34,065 bases of DNA from Planctomycetota bacterium (GCA_023261465.1 JAHFOW010000001.1:1-34065); one strand, 5' to 3'. Shown: positions 1 to 6,997, numbered from the stretch's first letter. The notes: generated by a model from the sequence alone, not told the origin. Numbers and translations are program-made.

Positions 1-120
1 GCTTTCATGACACAAGAGCTACCCAGCACAAAACCTGCGAACACTCGCAATTGCTTTTCGTTACTAAAATCAAGTGGAAATGGGGCAGCATCAACCGCCA
101 TGGAAGGATAGGTATTGTGT
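1..120. repeat. Exact 120-bp terminal direct repeat, identical to 33946..34065. It is the assembly overlap of a circular or circularly permuted genome.
   Basis: Read directly: bases 1-120 and 33946-34065 are identical. The repeat lies inside an ORF that is complete only when the two ends are joined. Confidence 0.95.
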
Positions 121-302
121 TTGCCATTTGGCCATTGAAGTTTGGTATGGCCGGACGCTAATGCTTTGTTTTGGTCTTCTTCGTTTCGAAAGCCTTCAAG
201 AACAATACAGTCGTAAAACCGTATAACGTGGTTAAAAATTGTTTGAAGGTCTGGGTGACAGGTACTTAATGCGGCTTTTGATTTGGAGCTGAAAACTGGC
301 AT
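1..302 (-). CDS. Endolysin, M15-family peptidase (phage T5 L-alanyl-D-glutamate endopeptidase type), 5' part. The gene continues at 33945..33834 across the junction.
   Basis: My own translation from ATG 302..300 gives MPVFSSKSKAALSTCHPDLQTIFNHVIRFYDCIVLEGFRNEEDQNKALASGHTKLQWPNGKHNTYPSMAVDAAPF... in frame with track ORF 33834..34046. The joined protein is 137 aa. It carries a KH..SMAVD zinc-ligand motif and a C-terminal DLVHFELV motif, and is colinear with the 137-aa T5 endolysin as I recall it. Confidence 0.8.
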   Translation of the reverse strand, partial: MPVFSSKSKAALSTCHPDLQTIFNHVIRFYDCIVLEGFRNEEDQNKALASGHTKLQWPNGKHNTYPSMAVDAAPFPLDFSNEKQLRVFAGFVLGSSCVMK

Positions 303-331
303 CCGATTATACCGGGGCGTTCTTTAGTGCA

Positions 332-535
332 TTATAACAAACCCACGCCTTTTTCCCACTGTCTTGATAAAAAATAAAGCAAAGTATTTCTATGGTTAGG
401 AAAACTCTGAGAACCGGATTCATACATTTGATAACACCTTGTAGTACAACCAATATGAGCAGCCATTTCCCTTTGAGTTTTTCCGAATTTTTTACGAATT
501 TCTTTAAGATTCAAACGCGGAATAATATCTTCCAT
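332..535 (-). CDS. XRE/Cro-CI-type helix-turn-helix regulator (67 aa)
   Basis: MEDIIPRLNLKEIRKKFGKTQREMAAHIGCTTRCYQMYESG has the typical HTH_XRE pattern. I chose the internal ATG at 535 because an AAGGAG Shine-Dalgarno sequence (complement of 542-547) sits 6 nt upstream. The upstream part of the track ORF overlaps the promoter region. Confidence 0.8.
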   Translation of the reverse strand: MEDIIPRLNLKEIRKKFGKTQREMAAHIGCTTRCYQMYESGSQSFPNHRNTLLYFLSRQWEKGVGLL

Positions 536-563
536 TGCTTTCTCCTTTAGAATTAACACGATC

Positions 564-592
564 ATTATACATGAAATAATTTCATAAATAAA
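564..592 (-). promoter_or_regulatory. Leftward promoter with an operator O_L in its spacer
   Basis: On the minus strand there is a TATAAT -10 (564-569) and a weak -35 TTTATT (587-592) with a 17-nt spacer. The spacer holds the 15-bp palindrome ATGAAAT-A-ATTTCAT (571-585). Confidence 0.55.
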
Positions 593-604
593 TACCATAA
601 ATTG

Positions 605-633
605 TTGACACACACGAAATCATTTCGTATGAT
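605..633 (+). promoter_or_regulatory. Rightward near-consensus sigma70 promoter with an operator O_R in its spacer
   Basis: TTGACA (605-610), a 17-nt spacer, then TATGAT (628-633). The 15-bp perfect palindrome ACGAAAT-C-ATTTCGT (614-628) fills the spacer and shares the GAAAT-N-ATTTC core with O_L, whose centre is 43 bp away. Confidence 0.7.
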
Positions 634-666
634 AGCATCATTGAAAGCAATTAACCGGAGAAAATA

Positions 667-936
667 ATGGCAGATTTACAGGAAATAATTTTGAATGAAC
701 TTCAGGAACAAAGAGTAGATTTATTGAATTCTCTGAATAAACTTAATTTTTCAGAAAGAGAAGAATGCAGGAATTGGATTGAAGGGATGATTTTTGGAGA
801 AAGCGATTTGTTAGATGAAAGCTTAAGGTCATTAAATTTAACATCTGAAGATATTGAAATAAATATTTTTAGAGATTTTCAGCATGAAACAGTCGAAAAA
901 TTTATAGAAGCCTATCATGATAAGAACAAGGTTTAA
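667..936 (+). CDS. Highly acidic early protein (89 aa), function unknown
   Basis: GGAG Shine-Dalgarno (657-660) lies 6 nt before the ATG. It is the only gene driven by the consensus promoter. By my count it has about 21 D/E against 9 K/R residues. Confidence 0.7.
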   Translation: MADLQEIILNELQEQRVDLLNSLNKLNFSEREECRNWIEGMIFGESDLLDESLRSLNLTSEDIEINIFRDFQHETVEKFIEAYHDKNKV

Positions 937-975
937 ATATAAAATCCGATCTAAGGGTTGCGGTCTTAGATCGGA
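935..975 (-). terminator. Intrinsic terminator for the leftward replication operon. The hairpin also sits after the convergent gene 667..936.
   Basis: An 11-bp perfect stem TCCGATCTAAG / CTTAGATCGGA (945-955 / 965-975) with a 9-nt loop. On the minus strand it is followed by TTTTATATTT. Confidence 0.7.
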
Positions 976-1027
976 CCCTGTGTGGACTTGATCTCTGCTT
1001 CAGGAAGCATTAAAAATGATAGGAAAA

Positions 1028-1414
1028 TCAAGAGTGGAGATAACGCTCGATGATGTCCTTACCATCCTCCCAACCATAACAGAAATTAGCCGAATAGCCA
1101 ACACTTTTTACATATTTGTGAAACATTTCCTGGGCAATCCAGGTGTCACTTTTTCTTGCGGATGGTGGGTACTTCATCGCCCTTTTCACCTCCAACCACA
1201 ACCCATGATAAATACCGGTAGGATAGTAAATAAACAAGTCGCTTACACCAGAACGTAATCCCATTAACTTTGCATTCCATCCCTGTACCTGCGTTCGTTT
1301 TCCCTCATTATCAATCTTGCAAAAGTAGTTTTTCAACATGGGGTGAAAAGTCAGCCATTTCACAAGTGCCTTCTGTTCCTGGTTCTCGCTCGGAATCACA
1401 GCCTTTGCAGTCAT
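1028..1414 (-). CDS. VRR-NUC domain nuclease
   Basis: EQKALVKWL...GVSDLFIYYP...GLWLEVK matches the VRR-NUC D...ExK architecture. I prefer the ATG at 1414 (GAGG lies 6 nt upstream) over the ATG at 1426. Confidence 0.7.
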   Translation of the reverse strand: MTAKAVIPSENQEQKALVKWLTFHPMLKNYFCKIDNEGKRTQVQGWNAKLMGLRSGVSDLFIYYPTGIYHGLWLEVKRAMKYPPSARKSDTWIAQEMFHKYVKSVGYSANFCYGWEDGKDIIERYLHS

Positions 1415-1502
1415 CTTTAACCTCATCCTTCCCGTACAAAGCTTTCATAAGTGCCGCCACCTCGGCCCGGCTGCGCAACTTACTGTTTTTCTTTTTCATC
1501 AC
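1311..1502 (-). CDS. Possible small ORF (63 aa) overlapping the VRR-NUC gene out of frame
   Basis: A strong GGAGAAGGG Shine-Dalgarno precedes ATGATG at 1502/1499. The N-terminus MMKKKNSKLRSRAEVAALMKALYGKDE looks protein-like. About 100 nt overlap the next gene in another frame. Confidence 0.3.
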   Translation of the reverse strand: MMKKKNSKLRSRAEVAALMKALYGKDEVKDDCKGCDSEREPGTEGTCEMADFSPHVEKLLLQD

Positions 1503-1635
1503 CCTTCTCCTCCTGCCTTTTACGAAGAAAAATACTCTGCGCTTCCTCGAGACTCATGTTTTTAGGCAAAAATGCGCTGACCATCGTAAGCCAAACCATG
1601 AACTTCTGGGCGTCCTTCCCCTGTATTTTGTCCAT
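1480..1635 (-). CDS. Hypothetical small protein (51 aa)
   Basis: The ATG at 1635 lies one base after the stop of the upstream gene (1637-1639), which indicates operon coupling. The upstream part of the track ORF overlaps the previous gene. Confidence 0.5.
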   Translation of the reverse strand: MDKIQGKDAQKFMVWLTMVSAFLPKNMSLEEAQSIFLRKRQEEKGDEKEKQ

Positions 1636-1636
1636 T

Positions 1637-1843
1637 TTACTTCCTCTTATTGTAACAAAACCGTGCAACCATCTGCTCGTAACACGCTATAGGCTCTTCT
1701 ATTTTTTCATCCGAATAACTGTCCAAAACCTCTTTAATGTGAGCGTCCAGGAACCATTTATCATCGCCACCATGAGATTCAGAAACTTTTTTTACCAGAG
1801 TTTCAAGGTAATTTTTTCGCACTATCCATAGCCCTTTGTTCAT
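1637..1843 (-). CDS. Hypothetical protein (68 aa)
   Basis: The ORF is tightly spaced after the 1846 stop within the leftward operon. Confidence 0.55.
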   Translation of the reverse strand: MNKGLWIVRKNYLETLVKKVSESHGGDDKWFLDAHIKEVLDSYSDEKIEEPIACYEQMVARFCYNKRK

Positions 1844-1845
1844 GG

Positions 1846-2754
1846 TCAGTAATCCGCCCAGTTCTTGTAATCCTTTTTAGGCCCACCAGAGGCTCTGGTT
1901 GAATCAAAATTATTACCCTGTGGGGTAGGGATATATCCTGCCTTTCGAAGCATCTCTGGCTGTTCTTTTGCGCTTATAAAGCGACTCCGGTCGTATGCAT
2001 ACACCGCTGGTAATATCAGAACGTCTTCTTCAGGGATGGAAAGCAGGTAAGCGCGGTACTGCGCGTAAACTTCCGGTTTAAAATATCGGTTATTTGGGTT
2101 GATTTCTTTTTCATCAAATTCACGATACGGCTTACCGACACAATTCAGCTTTAAATTCTCAAGGCGCTCCTGGTGTTCGGACATACGTTCACGAAATCCT
2201 TTTCGCTCGGAGGCGGACGGAATTTTGGAAGGAGGGGGAAGCTCTTTGGGTTTTGCGTTAAAGGACTCCAGTTGGGCCCAGGCTTTTTTAGGTTCCGCAT
2301 GAAAGTCTGAAAGACAATCCGTGTAATATTCTTTTGTTTTGCGCTGAATATCTTCTTCTTTTCCATTGGTTAAGGCCCATGAACCAATTTTGTCGTAAAT
2401 CATTTTCGTTAACGGATGACTAAAATCCCTAGCCACCATCATGCGAACCACATCGTTAGGCTCAGGGGTTCCGGCTTCTTTCAAACACAAATCAACAAGC
2501 TGACCAAGCGTTGGAGGATAATCCTTATACGTTGTCAGGGTTTTGTTGACAGCAGCACGCACCTCACTCAGCGTAAACCTGGACAATTCTTCAAGCCAGT
2601 CCTCCATGATGTACTGCCAATCGTCATCGCAGGTGGCTCTGGAGATCCACAACGCCCCGTAGCGACCTCTAAAACGCGCAAAAAGCCTTGCTATTAATGC
2701 GATGTCAACGCAATGGGTTATATGTATTACCGTGCTGTTCATACGTCTCCCCAT
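1846..2754 (-). CDS. Lambda P-like replication protein (putative helicase loader)
   Basis: The N-terminal half follows the lambda P pattern as recalled: ...DWLEELSRFTLSEVRAAV...YPPTLGQLVDLC compared with lambda ...MEQVNAGM...LPSPGQFVAWC. It lies directly downstream of the initiator-like gene. The start is uncertain (2754 or 2742) and overlaps the upstream gene. Confidence 0.55.
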   Translation of the reverse strand: MGRRMNSTVIHITHCVDIALIARLFARFRGRYGALWISRATCDDDWQYIMEDWLEELSRFTLSEVRAAVNKTLTTYKDYPPTLGQLVDLCLKEAGTPEPNDVVRMMVARDFSHPLTKMIYDKIGSWALTNGKEEDIQRKTKEYYTDCLSDFHAEPKKAWAQLESFNAKPKELPPPSKIPSASERKGFRERMSEHQERLENLKLNCVGKPYREFDEKEINPNNRYFKPEVYAQYRAYLLSIPEEDVLILPAVYAYDRSRFISAKEQPEMLRKAGYIPTPQGNNFDSTRASGGPKKDYKNWADY

Positions 2755-3562
2755 GGGTTTTTAAATGCTTGTTAATGACACGCGATAAAGCATCACCGCC
2801 CGTGTTCTTACCACCGGATGCCTTTGGTTGGTTGATGGTTATCGCATCAGTCCAGCGGTCATTCTGTAGGTAGGTAGAAGGGTGAGGTATGAATTGCTCA
2901 TCAGCCCAAGAGGAATCATTAACTTGTCTATGGCTTACATCATTGCAGATAAGAACGGCTATTTTATTTAACTTCTTCTTGTCCCATATTCTTTTGGCGC
3001 GACTCTTATTTTTCTTGATTGGGTAAATATTCCAAAATTCATTAAAAGCACATGGTTCGCTTTCGTGTGTGACGTCAGTCGCACATATACTTTCAGTATT
3101 ATGTTCTTTTATGTCTTTAGTAATATCAGTATTACGTAGTCCCTCGTTTCCGTTCGTGTGCACCACCGCTGGTGCGGGTTTCTGTACCACCGGTGCATCA
3201 TCAAGCCACGCCTGGGTTTTATCAAATTTCTTGCCGGTTAATATACGAATTTGCACACTTTGGTATTGTCCTTTCGCACCTTTGTTTTGCACATACTCAA
3301 TTAGGTTTGCACGGCGCAAATAGCAGAATATTTTTTTTATCTTAGCGTCACCAAAACCATAAACATTCCTTATATTTTGTTTAATTGTTTTCCAGTTAGG
3401 TGTTTTTGAGTAAAGATAGCACCACACCAAGAAAGCATCGCCACATTTGATGTTGTTTATTACATTGTTGTTTATTTGGGTGAACCCAGTGCATTCTCTG
3501 GTTGTTGGGGAATCATCAGAAAGATTATCTAAACCTAAACTGTTGTTATTCGAGTAGCTCAT
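2705..3562 (-). CDS. Replication initiator (O-like / DnaD-like) protein
   Basis: It has an N-terminal winged-helix-like region, a P/A/V-rich linker and a C-terminal FNEFWNIYPIKKNKSRAKRIWDKK motif that is common in phage replication proteins (recalled). It is paired with the P-like gene. Confidence 0.55.
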   Translation of the reverse strand: MSYSNNNSLGLDNLSDDSPTTRECTGFTQINNNVINNIKCGDAFLVWCYLYSKTPNWKTIKQNIRNVYGFGDAKIKKIFCYLRRANLIEYVQNKGAKGQYQSVQIRILTGKKFDKTQAWLDDAPVVQKPAPAVVHTNGNEGLRNTDITKDIKEHNTESICATDVTHESEPCAFNEFWNIYPIKKNKSRAKRIWDKKKLNKIAVLICNDVSHRQVNDSSWADEQFIPHPSTYLQNDRWTDAITINQPKASGGKNTGGDALSRVINKHLKTHGETYEQHGNTYNPLR

Positions 3563-3718
3563 GCTATAATTGCCTCGTGTATGGACGCACTAAGCCGTTA
3601 ATTGCCAAAACTTTGGCGTCCGGTGTTATAAAGCACGATTGAAATCTTGGCGGAGTGCAATCATGCATTTGTATTGGCAGCAAGTAACATGAAGTAACTT
3701 GTCTGCTGGCTTTCTTAC

Positions 3719-3967
3719 TTACTTCTTAACTTCAAATAAATCATAATCTACACCGCCTTTGATAACATGAGATAAATACCCAATATTACCTATACTGTTT
3801 CCTATGTACCTATCAAACAAATCTTTGACTTTAGCGTGACCTTTATTTTCTTTCATAAACAGAACAAATGTTATTGCGTACGGGCATGGGTTGGTTAAAA
3901 GCAACGTTGTCGTAATAATTTTACCCAATTCGGTAAGCATAATCTCTTTTTCTAATATATCAGACAT
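3719..3967 (-). CDS. Hypothetical protein (82 aa), first gene of the leftward early operon
   Basis: The ORF diverges from 4140..4340. I see no clear Shine-Dalgarno sequence. Confidence 0.5.
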   Translation of the reverse strand: MSDILEKEIMLTELGKIITTTLLLTNPCPYAITFVLFMKENKGHAKVKDLFDRYIGNSIGNIGYLSHVIKGGVDYDLFEVKK

Positions 3968-4059
3968 TCAATATACTTCTCTTCTATTAATTTGCACAAT
4001 GCTAAACGAAAATCGCACACATTAAAAGTATTATTTCTGACACACAAATATTTATTTTT

Positions 4060-4099
4060 CGGTTACCTATTGCAATGTATTCAGGTACCGTGATATATT
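4060..4099 (+). promoter_or_regulatory. Rightward early promoter with an overlapping imperfect inverted repeat
   Basis: TTGCAA (4070-4075), an 18-nt spacer, then TATATT (4094-4099) with an extended-10 TG at 4091-4092. The repeat CGGTTACCT (4060-4068) / AGGTACCG (4083-4090) brackets the -35. Confidence 0.55.
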
Positions 4100-4139
4100 A
4101 GTATCCATAGCGAATTGATACAAAAATACAGAGGTATTT

Positions 4140-4340
4140 ATGGGAAGGTTAAGAACAAGAGCAGAAGATGATAAAGCATTTCACTTTAGAATGCCGCGTG
4201 AAACCTGGCTTTTATTAAAAAAAGCGTCCTTAATAAAGGATATGACGATGGGGGATGTGTGTGTAGAGTTTATAGAAAAACAACGTAACAATTTAAGTAA
4301 AAGAATGGGTGCAATTGGCTCAGCAGCAGAGGCGGAATAG
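4140..4340 (+). CDS. Ribbon-helix-helix (Arc/CopG-like) DNA-binding protein
   Basis: KAFHFRMPRETWLLLKKASLIKDMTMGDVCVEFIEK fits the beta-strand, helix, helix RHH pattern. It is the first gene after the promoter. Confidence 0.55.
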   Translation: MGRLRTRAEDDKAFHFRMPRETWLLLKKASLIKDMTMGDVCVEFIEKQRNNLSKRMGAIGSAAEAE

Positions 4341-4417
4341 AGGTAAAAAATAAGTCTGAGGCTATAGGTTACGACCCTACAACCTCGGTGTTCAAACAAA
4401 CCTGATAGGTGAATTAT

Positions 4418-4942
4418 ATGAACGTACGTAGTTTATCGCATAACTATGAAGAAAATCAAGACAGTTTGTCATGGATTGACGACCCCTTTAATCTTAAAGG
4501 TGCTTTTACAGGAGTAAAACAAGTGAGCCATCAGCGAAATCTAACCGATTACGCGGAGAATCTGGTATCCCATTACGGAAAATATCAGGATGACCAGTAT
4601 GCGCTTTACCTTGAAATGCTTCCGGATGATGAGCAAAACGAGCTTGCACGCCTTTATATAGAATCCATAGACCGTGAAATAGAGTACGCCTGTTATGGGC
4701 GGGATGAGTCCATAAACAGCGACTTTCTGTGCTCTATGCTTGCCATGCTTAAAGATAACAACCAGGAAAAGCAGATTTCTTTTGCTGAGACAACGCGCAA
4801 AAACATTATTTCTTATTACAAAAAATCCCTCAATGCCATCCTTCAAAATGCCTGCGATATTTTTCATCGTTTGCAGATGCATCACGATGGTTATGCCTAT
4901 GAGGACTCCGAGGACGGCGATGTTATATGGGGAGGATTTTAA
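4418..4942 (+). CDS. Hypothetical protein (174 aa)
   Basis: The track ORF begins at GTG 4409. The ATG at 4418 has an AGGTG Shine-Dalgarno 6 nt upstream. Confidence 0.6.
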   Translation: MNVRSLSHNYEENQDSLSWIDDPFNLKGAFTGVKQVSHQRNLTDYAENLVSHYGKYQDDQYALYLEMLPDDEQNELARLYIESIDREIEYACYGRDESINSDFLCSMLAMLKDNNQEKQISFAETTRKNIISYYKKSLNAILQNACDIFHRLQMHHDGYAYEDSEDGDVIWGGF

Positions 4943-5178
4943 TGATTCATAAATTCAGCGCCTATGAGTATGAGCTTATTCAGGATGAGAATGGATGGTA
5001 TTACGTTATTTATGACACCGATTACACGCCCTGTGAGTCCACTGTGTCTTTTAAGGCAGAAGACCGCTTTGAATCTGAAAGTCAGGCGCGGTTTGCCGCC
5101 ATTGGACATATTGATTTTATTGAAAATGCAACCGAACTGGATGCGTTAGCTTTGTTAAAAATGGAGAAGATTGAATGA
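4942..5178 (+). CDS. Hypothetical protein (78 aa)
   Basis: The ATG at 4942 overlaps the upstream stop (TAATG), and GGAGG lies 6 nt upstream. The ATG at 4927 sits inside that Shine-Dalgarno sequence. Confidence 0.6.
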   Translation: MIHKFSAYEYELIQDENGWYYVIYDTDYTPCESTVSFKAEDRFESESQARFAAIGHIDFIENATELDALALLKMEKIE

Positions 5179-5276
5179 TTATGAAAGATAAGATTACGGC
5201 AAAAGAGCGATTAGATTTTAAGAAGCCACGCAAATGGCTTTGGTTTAAATAATTAATAAGATGTGAGGCAGTAAAA

Positions 5277-6122
5277 ATGGCATTAAAAGCAAAGAAACCC
5301 GCGATGATTGAGTCCCGTTTAAAGGCGTTGTTCTATGGAAATGCGGGTGTCGGTAAAACGATGGCAGCTATTCAGTTTCCTAAGCCCTATATCATTGATA
5401 CGGAGGGCTCCACGAACAAGCCTCAGTATGTAAAAGCTATTGATAAAGTGGATGGCGCGGTACTTATGACCGTAGACTTTGATGAAATGGTGAATGAGGT
5501 TCGCGAGCTTTTAACGACTAAGCACGAATACAAAACTCTTGTGATTGATTCGTTGACGTTGCTTTACAACGACCTTCTTGAGAAGGCTGAGCGAAAGGTT
5601 GGGACGGATTTTGGCCGTCATTACGGAGAAGCAAACAAACGCATGAAACAACTCCTGAACCTCTTATTCAGACTTGACATGAACGTTATTATTACTTCCC
5701 ACAGTAAAAATGAATACGGCCAAAACCTGGCAATTCTAGGACAAACCTTTGATTGTTACAAGAAGCTTGATTATCTATTTGACCTTGTGTTTGAGATTCA
5801 AAAGCGAGGGGTTCATCGAGTGGGTTTGGTCAAGAAATCAAGGATTGAATCTTTCCCTGATGGAGAGAGTTTTCCCTTTTCTTACGAAGAGATTGCAAAA
5901 CTCTACGGCCGTCACATCCTAGAGCGTGAAGCGGTCGCACAGGAATTAGCAACCGTTGAGCAGGTCAAAGAAATTACGCGCTTGATTGACTTACTGAAAG
6001 TTCCAGAAGAAACCTTTCAAAAGTGGCTGGACAAGGCCACCTCTGAAAGCTGGCAGGACATGCAAAAGGACTCAATACAAAAATGTATTGATCATCTCAC
6101 CTCAAAGATTAAAGGAGAATAA
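5277..6122 (+). CDS. Sak4-like RecA-core ATPase (AAA_24 type)
   Basis: It has a Walker A motif GNAGVGKT, a Walker B-like LVIDSL, and the size and layout typical of phage Sak4/AAA_24 proteins. Confidence 0.7.
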   Translation: MALKAKKPAMIESRLKALFYGNAGVGKTMAAIQFPKPYIIDTEGSTNKPQYVKAIDKVDGAVLMTVDFDEMVNEVRELLTTKHEYKTLVIDSLTLLYNDLLEKAERKVGTDFGRHYGEANKRMKQLLNLLFRLDMNVIITSHSKNEYGQNLAILGQTFDCYKKLDYLFDLVFEIQKRGVHRVGLVKKSRIESFPDGESFPFSYEEIAKLYGRHILEREAVAQELATVEQVKEITRLIDLLKVPEETFQKWLDKATSESWQDMQKDSIQKCIDHLTSKIKGE

Positions 6123-6124
6123 AA

Positions 6125-6598
6125 ATGTTCCAATATGAAGTTTTATCAGAGCAAGAAGCAATGGCTGAGCGTTTCCAGTTGCTTAAAGACGGTGAATACG
6201 AGGGTGTTATTACGTCCTCAAAGGACGCTATGTCCTCCAAAGGAAGTCCAATGATGGATATGATTGTGAGTGTTTATGATGAAAATGGAAAGTGCCATGA
6301 GGTTCGGGATTTTCTGGTTTTCACAAAACCCATGATGTGGAAGGTTGTGCACTTTGCCGACTCTGCAAACGTTTCAAAAGAATACGAAGCGGGGAAACTT
6401 TGCTCTGAAGTGGTTCTTAATAAACGCGTTATGGTTAAAGTGGGCATAGAAAATGGTGGAGAAATTCCCGCAGATAAGTTAAAAGGTAAACCCGCTGGCA
6501 CAAGGTACTTTGATAAGAACAGGATTGAAGATTATTTAAAGAAAGGAGAGCAAGAAAGTGTGCCTGCTTTTGAAGACGATGACGTGCCATTTTTATGA
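6125..6598 (+). CDS. DUF669-like protein with an SSB-type acidic C-terminal tip (putative ssDNA-binding partner of Sak4)
   Basis: It lies immediately downstream of the Sak4-like gene. Its C-terminus FEDDDVPFL resembles the bacterial SSB tip DDDIPF. Confidence 0.55.
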   Translation: MFQYEVLSEQEAMAERFQLLKDGEYEGVITSSKDAMSSKGSPMMDMIVSVYDENGKCHEVRDFLVFTKPMMWKVVHFADSANVSKEYEAGKLCSEVVLNKRVMVKVGIENGGEIPADKLKGKPAGTRYFDKNRIEDYLKKGEQESVPAFEDDDVPFL

Positions 6599-6616
6599 CG
6601 GAAAGGGATATATACC

Positions 6617-6997
6617 ATGAATTTTAATGAGGCGGTATTAAGGCTGAAGGCTGGAGAAAAAATAACAAGAGAGCCGTGGGCCAATGAGCTTTACTTCCAG
6701 ATGAAAGAAGGACGAGTCGTATGCTATCAGCCGATGTTAGATCATTACCCATACACCGACGACATAATGGTCTCAGAGGGATGGATTGTAGAGGATAAAA
6801 TGGATTTTCCAATGCCATTTTCAGAAATCATACCCATGCTTTTGGAGGGGAAAAAGGCGCGCATGTTTGATTGGGAATTTTCTTACATTTATTTGGATAA
6901 AGAAACCAGGGGGCTTTTGTTGCATAGAATGACTGAGCTGCCTTTTGCCCCAAGTTTTAATGACTTTACAGCAGAAGATTGGCAGGAAATAGCCTGA
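6617..6997 (+). CDS. DUF2829 (Tad2-like) domain protein (126 aa)
   Basis: The N-terminus MNFNEAVLRLKAGEKITREPW matches the DUF2829 signature as recalled (F.eAl.alk.Gkk..R..W). An AAGGGA Shine-Dalgarno is present. Confidence 0.55.
   Translation: MNFNEAVLRLKAGEKITREPWANELYFQMKEGRVVCYQPMLDHYPYTDDIMVSEGWIVEDKMDFPMPFSEIIPMLLEGKKARMFDWEFSYIYLDKETRGLLLHRMTELPFAPSFNDFTAEDWQEIA

Noticed and set aside
1-120. The 120-bp terminal repeat as a physical direct terminal repeat of the virion DNA
   Set aside because: The repeat lies inside the endolysin coding sequence and restores a single intact ORF when the ends are merged. This fits an assembly overlap of a circular or permuted genome better.
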